Sequence record: LC819008.1
Strand: one strand, 5' to 3'
Length of the DNA stretch: 64,000 nt
Shown here: positions 20,091 through 29,806 of the stretch, one piece after another
Layout: each line of letters starts with the position of its first letter
Numbering within the stretch: position 1 is the first letter of the stretch
The notes under the pieces: model-generated
Seen by the model: the letters and a program-made list of their open reading frames with translations, nothing else
The model's database searches: none
What the model was told of the DNA's origin: nothing
Translations under genes and position numbers: made by a program

Positions 20091-22187
20091 ATGGATAATA
20101 TTCTGTTGCTCAACAAGAGGAACAAAACAGCAGTTTACCCAAGTGATCTGCTGGTCATTGACATTGACAGAACCTGTCCGATTCTCGGAAATCCGTTTCC
20201 GATGAAGGACAAAGACGACGATGAAGAACGCTCTTTTGTGATCGATTCATACCGTCGGTATTTTGAAAAAGAGTATACCAATAATGGGATACTCACCAAA
20301 CGAATTCATGAACTTGCAGACCTGGTTCGCTCTGGTAAGCGGATCGGTCTTCGCTGCTGGTGTCACCCTAAACCGTGTCACGGCAACATCATCATCTCCA
20401 AGATCAAAAAACTACTGGAAGGAAACATGTCTGAATCGCCTCAACAACCCAGTAAAGAGTTTCTGAACTATCCCTTCGCAAAGGAAGACATCGATTACGT
20501 CGAATGTCGTTTCGCTATCCACATTCCGAAGGATCGAAACAACGAGAAAGGTATCGACCTTCATGCAGTTAAGGAAATCATTCACTTCAAGGATGGCACG
20601 ACCAAGCCGTGGGTGAAGTACATTCCGAACTACCAGTGCAAATTCTGGACGACGAAGCCTCATGTTCGTAACGGCAAGTTTGCACACAAGCAGAAGAAAG
20701 AATGGGAGTCGCTCGATAACCTGATTGAAGGTCAGGCTACCGCTTCCGGCATGGGCTTTGCTGTTGCTCGTGCGCTGGATCAGATGCGTCTGGCTGATCG
20801 TTATTTCGATCTGAAGGATTCGCCCTACGTCTACGGTCTGGATATTCCGTCGACGGTGCAACTCAAGCACGACTACACCGTGCGTATGCAGGGTAAGGCT
20901 GATACGCCGTTTACCATCGCCTATTCTGATACTGAAACGAACATGCTCGGTATCGAAGAAGGTGCTTCGAAACACATCATCATGCAGTCGCTCTTCCATC
21001 AGGATGGACGTCTGTTCACGGTGATTCTCGAAGACTTCGTGAAGACGCTGCCTAATCCGCAGAAAGATCTTCGCGCCCTCTATGACGAACACATGCCTGA
21101 GCAAGGCAAGGAACTCGTCAAGGATTGGGAAATCGCAATCGTCAAAGAACCGATCGACATCGTCAAGGCAATTTTGCAACGTTGCCATACGTGGCAGCCT
21201 GACTTCCTGTCGTTCTGGAACATGATCTTCGACTTGGACAAAATGATCCAGTGCGTTGAAGACGCCGGTTATCGTCCAGAAGACATCTTCTGCGATCCTC
21301 GTCTGCCGCGTGAGTTGCGTTATGCATACCTGAAGCGCGCTAACCCGAGCAAGACGTCGGCATCGGGTCGTCTGATGACCAAGAAGCCTGCCGACCAGTG
21401 GCATAGCTGGCTATGTCCTGCCTCGTTTTACATCATTGACCAGATGGCCACCTACCGCTTCGTTCGTAAATCGAAGCAGCTGGAAAAGTCTTACGGTCTG
21501 GATGACATTCTGGGCAAGGAACTCGAAGGTCTGGGTAAGCTTAAGCACAAGCCTGCTGAAGGTTTGACTAAAGCTGAATTCCACATCTTCATGCAACAGA
21601 AATATCCTGGCGAGTATGTGATCTATCACATCTGGGATGCGGTCTGTATGCACCTGCTGACATTGAAGACGAAGGACTTGTCATTCTCGTTGCCAGGTAC
21701 GACGGAGTTCTCGGACTTCATGAGCTTTGAATCGGAACCGAAGCGTTACATCCACAAGTTCCATTTCTACGCATTGGAAAACCATCGATGCGTCACTGGT
21801 GTATCCAGTAAAGCTCTGGTGCAAGAATACGACGACATGACCATCTCCACCAAAGGTCACATCGTTACTCTTGAACCACACTTGACTGTGGATTCGGGGA
21901 TGAAGATCTTCAATGATTATCCCGAGCTACAGACAAACTTCTACGGTCACAATGCTGACCTGGACGTTAAGTCCAGTTATCCATACGGCCAGTGGGTTTT
22001 CAACATGTCGCGTACGACGACTGTTCGAGAACTCGTTGAGATCGAAGGTGTGCGAGATCATGTCCGTCGCATCCAGGGTCTTAACATCTCCGGTGGACGC
22101 AGTAATGCAGTTGAATTCTGTACTGAGATCTTCGGTCTTCCGACTCTTGCCGAACTCGACAAGATTTACGATCAAGCAAATGCATAA
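20091..22187 (+). CDS. Split family B DNA polymerase, exonuclease plus motif-A fragment (phiKZ gp82-like), with in-frame N-terminal DUF4326-like domain
   Basis: ExoI SDTET, ExoII WNMIFD, ExoIII YHIWD, motif A DLDVKSSYP; N-terminal LGNPF and LRCWCHPKPCHG; second RBS plus ATG at 20427. Confidence 0.85.
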   Translation: MDNILLLNKRNKTAVYPSDLLVIDIDRTCPILGNPFPMKDKDDDEERSFVIDSYRRYFEKEYTNNGILTKRIHELADLVRSGKRIGLRCWCHPKPCHGNIIISKIKKLLEGNMSESPQQPSKEFLNYPFAKEDIDYVECRFAIHIPKDRNNEKGIDLHAVKEIIHFKDGTTKPWVKYIPNYQCKFWTTKPHVRNGKFAHKQKKEWESLDNLIEGQATASGMGFAVARALDQMRLADRYFDLKDSPYVYGLDIPSTVQLKHDYTVRMQGKADTPFTIAYSDTETNMLGIEEGASKHIIMQSLFHQDGRLFTVILEDFVKTLPNPQKDLRALYDEHMPEQGKELVKDWEIAIVKEPIDIVKAILQRCHTWQPDFLSFWNMIFDLDKMIQCVEDAGYRPEDIFCDPRLPRELRYAYLKRANPSKTSASGRLMTKKPADQWHSWLCPASFYIIDQMATYRFVRKSKQLEKSYGLDDILGKELEGLGKLKHKPAEGLTKAEFHIFMQQKYPGEYVIYHIWDAVCMHLLTLKTKDLSFSLPGTTEFSDFMSFESEPKRYIHKFHFYALENHRCVTGVSSKALVQEYDDMTISTKGHIVTLEPHLTVDSGMKIFNDYPELQTNFYGHNADLDVKSSYPYGQWVFNMSRTTTVRELVEIEGVRDHVRRIQGLNISGGRSNAVEFCTEIFGLPTLAELDKIYDQANA

Positions 22188-22197
22188 AGCATAGGTG

Positions 22198-22226
22198 CCT
22201 ACTCCTACCCGCAAGGGTAGGAGTAG
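22198..22226. terminator. Bidirectional hairpin terminator, GCAA loop; identical copy at 32005-32033
   Basis: ctactcctaccc-gcaa-gggtaggagtag between convergent genes. Confidence 0.8.
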
Positions 22227-22238
22227 AACTATGTCTGT

Positions 22239-22838
22239 TTACCACAAGCTGTAACCAGCAGGTGTGTATTTGGGATTTGCCTGCCAGTCCACAATGGTTG
22301 CACCTACCTGACCATTAGGACTGGAAATGACAGGATAGTAATTGGTTTGTCCCGGCGAATAGGTCGTGAGGCTAAGTGTGCCTTCATTGACGCCATTGCG
22401 GTAATAGGTAAACTGTTTGTTGACAAAATCGACAGCCATGCCGACGTAGTCGCCTTGAGTAAACCCAGTTACACCGTAGTTAGCACGAACGTTGCTGTTG
22501 TAAATCAGCTGACTCACAGCACCTGTGCAATACCAGAAGACTTCACCGGAATTGGTGGTCCATGGCGTATTAAAAGGCGTCGTGGTTGTTCCAAGACCAA
22601 TAAGAGGGCTGTATGAAACAGAACCCTCAAACTGAGTCATGAGAACTTCAAAATACCACTTGCCTCCATTGGCAACGGCTCTGGAAAGTGTTGCAAAAAC
22701 TGAGCCGCCTGTGTTTCCGCAGTTCGCTCTCAGGTTTCCGTTTGAAACGGAAACCGAAGTAGCTTTAAGTGTTGGGCTAAAAGTCGTTGTTGTTGCTGCG
22801 ATTGTTTTCTTTTTTAACAGCAAGCTAGTTGCCAACAT
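22239..22838 (-). CDS. SPRY/B30.2-like domain protein, probably virion/tail associated
   Basis: GKWYFEV, GDYVGMAVDF, FTYYRNG, YYPVIS; N-terminal MLATSLLLKKK. Confidence 0.7.
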   Translation of the reverse strand: MLATSLLLKKKTIAATTTTFSPTLKATSVSVSNGNLRANCGNTGGSVFATLSRAVANGGKWYFEVLMTQFEGSVSYSPLIGLGTTTTPFNTPWTTNSGEVFWYCTGAVSQLIYNSNVRANYGVTGFTQGDYVGMAVDFVNKQFTYYRNGVNEGTLSLTTYSPGQTNYYPVISSPNGQVGATIVDWQANPKYTPAGYSLW

Positions 22839-22841
22839 AAA

Positions 22842-23441
22842 TCACCACCGAGAAAAGCCGGACGGAATCGGATTCACCAGGTTCGTCGTGAAGTCAACGA
22901 TCGCAGGCGAACCACCAGCATTCACGCTACATGAAACCGGATAGTACGTGTGTCCGAGGTTACTGTAAGTGGAAAGGGAGAGTTTTCCTCGCGCAGTTCC
23001 ACCAAGAATAAATTCGATCGTGTTGTTGACCAGATCCAGACAGATACCGATCACACCACCTGCACTTACGAATGTACCGTAGTTCAGACGTGCATCAGCA
23101 GCATAGCTGACCTGTGCATTATTGGGTGCGCTTCCGTAGAAGAGAACCTGATCCAGTGCGCCGCCGCCATACACGTTCGACAACCCTGTGCGTTCAGAAC
23201 AGATCCCGGTCATTGGTGCTGCGCCGCCTGACCACCCACTCTCAGTCTGGACAATCAGAATTTCGGTGTACCACTTTCCAGTAGTTTTACCGATAGTGCC
23301 GCGAGCACCTGCTCGTGAGTTGGATGCCAGCGTTGCTCGTGAATTGGTATTCGACAGCGTTACACCGGAAACTACGACAGCAGGATCCCAAGCCAGCAAA
23401 GATCCTGTCTTCTTCTTTAAAAGCAGGGAGTTGTCAAGCAT
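22842..23441 (-). CDS. SPRY/B30.2-like domain protein, tandem paralogue
   Basis: GKWYTEI, VIGICLDL, YYPVSC; likely start MLDNSLLLKKK at 23441. Confidence 0.7.
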   Translation of the reverse strand: MLDNSLLLKKKTGSLLAWDPAVVVSGVTLSNTNSRATLASNSRAGARGTIGKTTGKWYTEILIVQTESGWSGGAAPMTGICSERTGLSNVYGGGALDQVLFYGSAPNNAQVSYAADARLNYGTFVSAGGVIGICLDLVNNTIEFILGGTARGKLSLSTYSNLGHTYYPVSCSVNAGGSPAIVDFTTNLVNPIPSGFSRW

Positions 23442-23476
23442 ATAAAGCCCAGTATAATTGGTCAAAAGTCATAGAA

Positions 23477-23504
23477 TCGTACCTAGGCTTTCGCCTAGGT
23501 ACGA
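23477..23504. terminator. Hairpin terminator, 12-bp stem, GAAA loop on minus strand
   Basis: tcgtacctaggc-tttc-gcctaggtacga after the tmk stop. Confidence 0.7.
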
Positions 23505-23508
23505 GTTC

Positions 23509-24204
23509 TTAACCGATGTACTGGATGATTTCGTCGACGGATTTCTTCACTTCAGTGAAGAGGCGAGTTGCGTCAACAGTGAAAAGAGGACCCGCTTCCT
23601 GGATGCGACGCTGCGCGAATTGCAGGCGGAAATTCTGGATGAGATTCTCGAAGAATTCATCCGGTTTCGTTTCGAACGCGTCCTTCGTATTGCCGAGCGC
23701 ACTCACTCGCTCGTCGACACGAGCACGAGACGTTGCCAGATCGATGTCCAGGAAGATCGTGGCGTAGCCTTTGATCTGGCTGTAGAGCCATGCCCGCGTT
23801 TGAAGCGGATAGCCTGCCAGGATGTTGGGCAGATTCAGATGGTAGTCGAACATCTGATCACAGAGCTTCTTAGGGATTCCCTGGGTGAAGTGCTGGTACA
23901 CCCATGTCGTGTCGTTCCAACGGTCACTGATGACCACCTGGCCAGACAGAAGGGCAGGTATGATGGTCTCGACCAGTACCCGACGGCGCAGATACAGAAT
24001 GCATGACAAAACTGCCGGCATCGGGATTTTCTGATGAATCCATGCGTCCCGCATGAACGATGCTTCTTCGTCTTTCGGGTAGGCTGCCACGACGACGTTC
24101 GGAATACCCTTGGCGGTCAGGTATTCCCCGATGTGCTGCGAGATGCTGCTCTTGCCACTACCGTCGATGCCTTCAACGGTCCAGAAACGATTGTCACTTG
24201 CCAC
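23509..24204 (-). CDS. tmk: Thymidylate (dTMP) kinase
   Basis: P-loop TVEGIDGSGKSS, ISDRW motif, IFLDID, 231 aa. Confidence 0.88.
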   Translation of the reverse strand: MASDNRFWTVEGIDGSGKSSISQHIGEYLTAKGIPNVVVAAYPKDEEASFMRDAWIHQKIPMPAVLSCILYLRRRVLVETIIPALLSGQVVISDRWNDTTWVYQHFTQGIPKKLCDQMFDYHLNLPNILAGYPLQTRAWLYSQIKGYATIFLDIDLATSRARVDERVSALGNTKDAFETKPDEFFENLIQNFRLQFAQRRIQEAGPLFTVDATRLFTEVKKSVDEIIQYIG

Positions 24205-24308
24205 GATTGGTCTCCTAGTTTAACCAGGGTATCTGCCGAAAGAATAAAAAAATAAAGCAAAAAAATCCCCGGTGTTACCCGGGGAGAAAATACACGCGCC
24301 GCCGAGGG

Positions 24309-25079
24309 CTACACGCGACGCATGTAGAGACTCAGTGGCACGTAGGACGGATTCACGAAACGATACATCGCAGCGGCACTCTGTTCCTTCTCGCGGCAGT
24401 TATTCGCGAAACGAACGAAGTGCTCCAACTCGCCCTTGTTCTTGGCGGTGCCGACGTACACACTGTTCTGCTCCTTAAGCGAACTGTAGTAGACTTCGAC
24501 GCCGCCTTCTTTCGAGCGAGCATATGCCTGTACGCCATCGGGGATGATGACGTCATGCACAGTCTTGATATAGTTCCGGTTGTACTTCACCGGATACCAC
24601 AACGACTTGTTGACCTCGTCGGTGAACTGACGCAGATTCTCGAAGTAGTAGTTCGCGGCTTCCAGGACCATGTTCTTGTAGTCCGGGTTGTGGAACTCCT
24701 GCGCAATGCTACTACCGCTGAACACGCGGATAACAACCTTACGAGGACCCCGCATTACTGCGACCATTTTCGAAGGAAGAATGAAAACGCCATGGCCGGG
24801 AATGACCTTGACGCCTTCTTCTTTCTTATCAAACAACTGACGTAGCTTGCCGCGCTGGGCGAAAGCTTTCGACTGACCGAGCGCGACGTTGTACTCGCGG
24901 AATGTCTCAGCCGATACTTCTTCGTCCACGATGGGCGTGAACACGTGATTCTGACGAATGCTATTCACCCGCCATGCCTTATCGCCATAGCTGGCGTTGA
25001 TGATGGATAGGTCCGAATCAATCGGGAATTCGCGATTCAGAATACGCACTACGTTTTTGCCGACGGAGATCTGTTGCAT
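24309..25079 (-). CDS. Hypothetical protein, 256 aa
   Basis: ORF track; AAGGA RBS. Confidence 0.65.
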   Translation of the reverse strand: MQQISVGKNVVRILNREFPIDSDLSIINASYGDKAWRVNSIRQNHVFTPIVDEEVSAETFREYNVALGQSKAFAQRGKLRQLFDKKEEGVKVIPGHGVFILPSKMVAVMRGPRKVVIRVFSGSSIAQEFHNPDYKNMVLEAANYYFENLRQFTDEVNKSLWYPVKYNRNYIKTVHDVIIPDGVQAYARSKEGGVEVYYSSLKEQNSVYVGTAKNKGELEHFVRFANNCREKEQSAAAMYRFVNPSYVPLSLYMRRV

Positions 25080-25113
25080 GTCGATTTTATCCTTACGTTT
25101 TGAAAGTTGAAGC

Positions 25114-25851
25114 TTAAGCTGCGTTGGTGCTTACATCTTCAGAGTTTGCTGCTTCCAGGCTTTCGCCCGATGCTGCTTTTTGGCGAGCCTTGATGATGCA
25201 GATCGCCATGTCCACGGCCACCAGGAAGTGGGCGTGAGAGGTTTGGTACGGATTCTTCGGAACAGAAACCGTACTGGCCAGCCGTCGCGGATCGCCTGCT
25301 TCTTCATAGCTTTCCAGCGGAGCAGTCGTCTGATACGCGTCGATCATTTCCTTGGTAGCGGCGATGACCGAATCGACCCAGACATACTTCTTCTTCCATG
25401 CTGCCTTGTAATAGCGCTTGGCATCTTCAACCGAATAGCCGGCATTGGCGAGAGTCGCCAGACAGCCTTGTTCGAAGATTGCCCGCGTACGGACAGACAG
25501 CGGAATCGCGACGATTGTGCGGCCGACTTCTTTTTCATCTTGCTTGCGGATATTGACGCGCAGGTCCCATTCACCGAGTCGGTGGGGAACGCGGCTCCAA
25601 CCGTGGAAGAACTGTACCAGGTCCTTCTGGCGTCCTTCAGACACGATCCGTTCGATTTCTGCTACAGCCGCTTCGTCGGCGGCAGATGCGAGAGGTGCAG
25701 GGGCTACCCGATGTGCAGGACGATGGGTCGCATGGTTGTTTCCTCCACGACTGAAGGTCGAGGTGTGCGGCCGGTGACGTTGGCCTTCTGTGGATTGGGG
25801 CGTCTTATTCTTGTTGCCGCCGAATCGATGTGCCATGTTGAGATAAGTCAT
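25114..25851 (-). CDS. Hypothetical protein with basic disordered N-terminus
   Basis: Start MTYLNM at 25851 after GGAG RBS; early-type motif upstream. Confidence 0.65.
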   Translation of the reverse strand: MTYLNMAHRFGGNKNKTPQSTEGQRHRPHTSTFSRGGNNHATHRPAHRVAPAPLASAADEAAVAEIERIVSEGRQKDLVQFFHGWSRVPHRLGEWDLRVNIRKQDEKEVGRTIVAIPLSVRTRAIFEQGCLATLANAGYSVEDAKRYYKAAWKKKYVWVDSVIAATKEMIDAYQTTAPLESYEEAGDPRRLASTVSVPKNPYQTSHAHFLVAVDMAICIIKARQKAASGESLEAANSEDVSTNAA

Positions 25852-25948
25852 AATGACTCCCAAGACATAATTTTGGTAAGCGAGGAATTCGCTTGTTTTA
25901 ACCAACAGAACAGAACCCAGCAAAAGTTTTAGCCGGAAATTCATTTTG

Positions 25949-25957
25949 ATTATATAT
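25949..25957 (-). promoter_or_regulatory. Putative early promoter motif ATATATAAT
   Basis: Recurring motif in an AT-rich intergenic region. Confidence 0.5.
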
Positions 25958-26015
25958 TGTTGATTTTTTCTGCATTATATCTGAACGCTACACAAATAAA
26001 AACAGACATAGACCA

Positions 26016-26043
26016 ATACCAGAAGCCTTGCGGCCTCTGGTAT
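26016..26043. terminator. Hairpin terminator, GCAA loop on minus strand
   Basis: ataccaga-a-gcc-ttgc-ggc-c-tctggtat. Confidence 0.65.
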
Positions 26044-26045
26044 CG

Positions 26046-26600
26046 TCATTTCTTTTGCTGTTGATTACTAGGCGTTTGAGCGAGCAGCTTCTCCAACTTC
26101 TGAATGGCGCCGTTTCCGGCCCCCAGGAGCTTGGCACTATGCTTCTTCGCCGAGTTAATCACCTTCAGGAAATCGCGTCGAGGATAACGAATTAACTCAT
26201 CGAAGGAAAACCCGAAGATTTCGTGCACCTTGTTTTCGGCAAACTGGTCGAGACGGAAGTCAAACGGGTCCACACGAGCCAGATCCTCAAGCGGCGAGCA
26301 GAATAACAGGGGCCATGGAACGTTCTTGAAGTCGTCCGGTCCGTCGTGATTGTAGATACCGAATGCGGTTTCGTACTTCATCCGCATGAACAACTCCGCG
26401 TCCACCACATTGGGTAGTTTGGCGTTGGTCATGGCTTCCAGAATCACGTTGACCGGAGACCTGCCCCTGTCTTCTATTCTCGCCAACTCGGGTTCTAGTC
26501 CGATGTGTCCTCCAGACTCCTCGATGAGAGTCCAAGCAACTTCTGCTCGACCAGCTGAAAAAAAACCGAAACCGCATCGAGTGCGATCAGGCGCGGCCAC
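26046..26600 (-). CDS. Conserved hypothetical protein; true start probably downstream of 26495 (e.g. ATG 26432)
   Basis: ORF track; the first 106 nt overlap the upstream gene. Confidence 0.55.
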   Translation of the reverse strand: MAAPDRTRCGFGFFSAGRAEVAWTLIEESGGHIGLEPELARIEDRGRSPVNVILEAMTNAKLPNVVDAELFMRMKYETAFGIYNHDGPDDFKNVPWPLLFCSPLEDLARVDPFDFRLDQFAENKVHEIFGFSFDELIRYPRRDFLKVINSAKKHSAKLLGAGNGAIQKLEKLLAQTPSNQQQKK

Positions 26601-28021
26601 TTGTCGCCGGACAGGGTGTCCTCGTACTCGTTGACCGAAGTCGTCGCAATGATTGCGACTTGCGTGTTGTTGATGTAGTCGCTGATCGCCTTGAAGAACT
26701 TCCGGGAGATCTCGTCGGAGGCCGAGAGGGACACGAGCACCTTGTCCACGTTTTCACGCGTGGTATAGAGCTCGCCATCTTCTTCGATAGCCTTGACGTA
26801 GTGCGAGTACTGGCGCAGACGGGAAGCCTTAGCCAATTGGCTGATGTACTGCATGCGCTTCTGGTCGGTCGCTTCCGCGCCAAGAGCTTCGTGAACCGCG
26901 GCGTTGATCTCGTTGATCCACTTCTCGCCGGTGTCGAAGTACTCGCGCAGATTCGGCGTATACAGATGCAGCTTCACACCTTCGCCGATTTCGACCACCG
27001 TGTTCTGGTTGAAGACGAACTGGTCCTTGTAGTCCTTGATCGTCTTGAGCGTCATCGGCGCTTCGATGCGCTTGACCATGTGTGCCAGTTGCTCTTCCTT
27101 GAACATTTTGGCGTTCATGAAGAGACACTTGCGCAGGTCGATGATCTGGTGCAGTTCTTCCTTCGGCAGCTTCGTATCTTCCGTGAAGACAGCCCGCGAC
27201 ATCGGGAAGCCGTTCGGATAGATCGAGGATGCGACCGACAGAGCGATCAGCGGCAGATCGTTCACGGTGATGTGATCGACCAGGTTTTCCTTGGGCAGAT
27301 CGTTGACCGTCGTTTCGATCAGCGAGCCGACCCATGCTTCGAAAACAGCCTTGGCCGTGAAGACCGAGTTGTTCGCGAACATGAGACCGTGCGTGGCCCG
27401 GCCGAGCTTGATCGGTTCAGCGATGATGGTACGCCACAGGCCGATGATGTCGTATTCTTCCAGCGGCTTCACAGTCGCATAGAAGCCCGAACCAACGAGC
27501 GGAACCTGTACCGGCGAACCCAGACCCAGACGCGCACGAACCGACAGGTTCAAACGCTCCGAGCTCATCTTCGCGCCACGTCCCTTATTCGTGAACTTGG
27601 GACGACCGACGTTGACGTTCTGGCCTGCGTAGTTCAGAGCGTTGCGCCATTCGGCATTCGGGTCAGCGAGCGCATCTTCGAACACGCCATGAGCCGGAAC
27701 CGAACGGAAGCCGTTGAGCAGCGTCTGATACCAGTTCACCGCATCTTCGTTGACGTCGACTTCGCCCATCTTGGTCGCTGTCATGTCGTCGTTGATACGG
27801 CTTGCCGAATCAGGCAGAAGAGGAACCAGGATATCCTGGAACTTCTTCAGTTCTTCTTCGCAGGGAGCAGGCGACATCAAGTCGGTCTTGCTTTCCCAGT
27901 TCTTTGCTTGCTTGGGCACCTCGACGGTCTGCGGGTCGATACTGACCTGCGTTTCGTCGGGCATGTGAAGCTCGGGCTCGTCACCCGAGCCGCCCTGGTT
28001 GTCTTCAGGAGCGATTGCCAT
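26495..28021 (-). CDS. Conserved phiKZ-like core protein, 508 aa (function unclear; baseplate-assembly factor is a guess)
   Basis: AAGGA RBS, strong codon bias, acidic N-terminus. Confidence 0.6.
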   Translation of the reverse strand: MAIAPEDNQGGSGDEPELHMPDETQVSIDPQTVEVPKQAKNWESKTDLMSPAPCEEELKKFQDILVPLLPDSASRINDDMTATKMGEVDVNEDAVNWYQTLLNGFRSVPAHGVFEDALADPNAEWRNALNYAGQNVNVGRPKFTNKGRGAKMSSERLNLSVRARLGLGSPVQVPLVGSGFYATVKPLEEYDIIGLWRTIIAEPIKLGRATHGLMFANNSVFTAKAVFEAWVGSLIETTVNDLPKENLVDHITVNDLPLIALSVASSIYPNGFPMSRAVFTEDTKLPKEELHQIIDLRKCLFMNAKMFKEEQLAHMVKRIEAPMTLKTIKDYKDQFVFNQNTVVEIGEGVKLHLYTPNLREYFDTGEKWINEINAAVHEALGAEATDQKRMQYISQLAKASRLRQYSHYVKAIEEDGELYTTRENVDKVLVSLSASDEISRKFFKAISDYINNTQVAIIATTSVNEYEDTLSGDKWPRLIALDAVSVFFQLVEQKLLGLSSRSLEDTSD

Positions 28022-28033
28022 GTAGCTGGTTCC

Positions 28034-28795
28034 TTAGATGCTGATCAGGCCAGAGCCAACGCGCGGATCCACGTCGTTCGGTTCGGCGGCTTTCGTCGTG
28101 TCGACGTCGAAGTCGGTGGGACGACGGCCTTCAGCCGGCTGGTTGATGATTTCCGACGGTTTGAGTGCATCTTCGCCATCGGCGCTGATACCTTCCATGC
28201 CTTCGGCCGGAGCTTCGACTTCCTTCGCTGCTTGCGGAACGTCGCCTTCGTCGAGGATGGCGACTTCCTGGCCGGCAGCACGCGCAGCTTCGATCTGTTC
28301 GACCGTCAGTGCGTCTTGCGCTTCGAGCAGTTCCTTGAGCGCCTTGTTGTAGATCAGGTTCAGCGCGCCGATGATCGGCTGGAACTTGTTGAAGAGGTCG
28401 ATGTCGAATGCCTGATAGGCTTCGAAGATGCGATACGCTTTCGAGAGCTCTTCGTAGCTCAGGCACAGCTTACGGATGTGGCCGTGGCTGTCCCAGAGAG
28501 CCTGGAATTCCTTGGCCATTTCGGCGACGAGCGGCTGGATCTTCGCGATTTCGGCGTCGAACGCTTCCTTCTCGCCGTTCTTGGCGACCTTCATCAGCAC
28601 GACCGGGTGGTTGTACTGTGCGAACAGTTCAGCCAGCTTGTTGATGTTCTTCTGGCTGCGTTGGTGAACTTCTTTCAGCTGATACCAGCAGCGGGAGGTC
28701 TTCTCGCGATCGAACGATTTCTTGCCGCTCGTCATGCCGGCTGCTGCGCGGCGTTCTGCGTCTTTCTGACGACGGCTTGCGGATTTTTGCGTCAT
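28034..28795 (-). CDS. Hypothetical helical protein with acidic C-terminus, 253 aa
   Basis: ORF track; biased codons. Confidence 0.65.
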   Translation of the reverse strand: MTQKSASRRQKDAERRAAAGMTSGKKSFDREKTSRCWYQLKEVHQRSQKNINKLAELFAQYNHPVVLMKVAKNGEKEAFDAEIAKIQPLVAEMAKEFQALWDSHGHIRKLCLSYEELSKAYRIFEAYQAFDIDLFNKFQPIIGALNLIYNKALKELLEAQDALTVEQIEAARAAGQEVAILDEGDVPQAAKEVEAPAEGMEGISADGEDALKPSEIINQPAEGRRPTDFDVDTTKAAEPNDVDPRVGSGLISI

Positions 28796-28891
28796 TTGTC
28801 ATATCCCCAGTAGGAATTTTAGATGGTTCACCAGACGATAACTTCAGGTAAATAAAAAAGTATTTATTTACTCTGTTGTGTAGATCCTCTG

Positions 28892-29806
28892 ATGAATAAG
28901 GAGAACACTATGCTCGATCAGAGCTTGGACAACTTTTTGGAACAGGCATTGCCGCCGGAGAAGTACCGTCTCTACGTGGACATTATCTCCTATTTGGAGA
29001 GCATAGAATACGACACCATCGAGAGTGAGCTACTCAATCTCATCTACATGTCGATTGGCGACGAGAACGAAAAGGTTCCGAAGCCTGAGTCGACCTGCGT
29101 GGATGAAATCTACGGTCACCTTCGCGAGTGTATGATCTCCCAACTTTCGCAAAGCGGTATCGTCGCGAATGAAGAGGTCAAGCTAAAGGATGTGTACGAT
29201 TTGGCCATCGGCCTTTTCCACATCTCCACTCACGAAGACATCGCAGGTATTGTTGCATGCTGCAGTCTCGATGAAGCCCCGATCCACCAACTGGCTGAAG
29301 TACTCCAGCTGGTGACGACGGTGAGCGCCGATCACTGGATGACAGTTATCGACGAAATTCAACCCGAAGTCATCGACAAGATTGTCGAGATGAGTAAAGA
29401 GACGATCAACTCCGAGTATCAAGTAATGGAGGAGACGGCTGAATATTTACAGAAGATCCGGATCTATTCCGAGTACTGTGTCAAGAAGGGAATGATTGAC
29501 CTCAAGGTCTTCAATCTCGTCTCGAATGTCGTACTCGGACAGAACTACCAGACGTATCTGGATTCTGGTGTGATTCATGAACTCTTCGAAGGCGATCAGA
29601 TGGAACGGTTGGCGCTTGAGATGTACGGCATGGCGCTGATGTCCAACGATGCTTCGAAGGATCCGGTCGGAGCTATCCGAACTGTCATCGAGTCATATAT
29701 CGAGGACACGCGTCGTATTGTCGACTTGAACTCGAAAGTGCAGCTGGTCAATGCCGAGTTCGTCAAGTTCTATCAAACCACCAGCCAGGGCCTGAACAAT
29801 GGATAA
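28892..29806 (+). CDS. Conserved hypothetical protein (phiKZ gp79 position); start may be 28910
   Basis: AAGGAG RBS before ATG 28910; coupled to the RNAP fragment. Confidence 0.65.
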   Translation: MNKENTMLDQSLDNFLEQALPPEKYRLYVDIISYLESIEYDTIESELLNLIYMSIGDENEKVPKPESTCVDEIYGHLRECMISQLSQSGIVANEEVKLKDVYDLAIGLFHISTHEDIAGIVACCSLDEAPIHQLAEVLQLVTTVSADHWMTVIDEIQPEVIDKIVEMSKETINSEYQVMEETAEYLQKIRIYSEYCVKKGMIDLKVFNLVSNVVLGQNYQTYLDSGVIHELFEGDQMERLALEMYGMALMSNDASKDPVGAIRTVIESYIEDTRRIVDLNSKVQLVNAEFVKFYQTTSQGLNNG

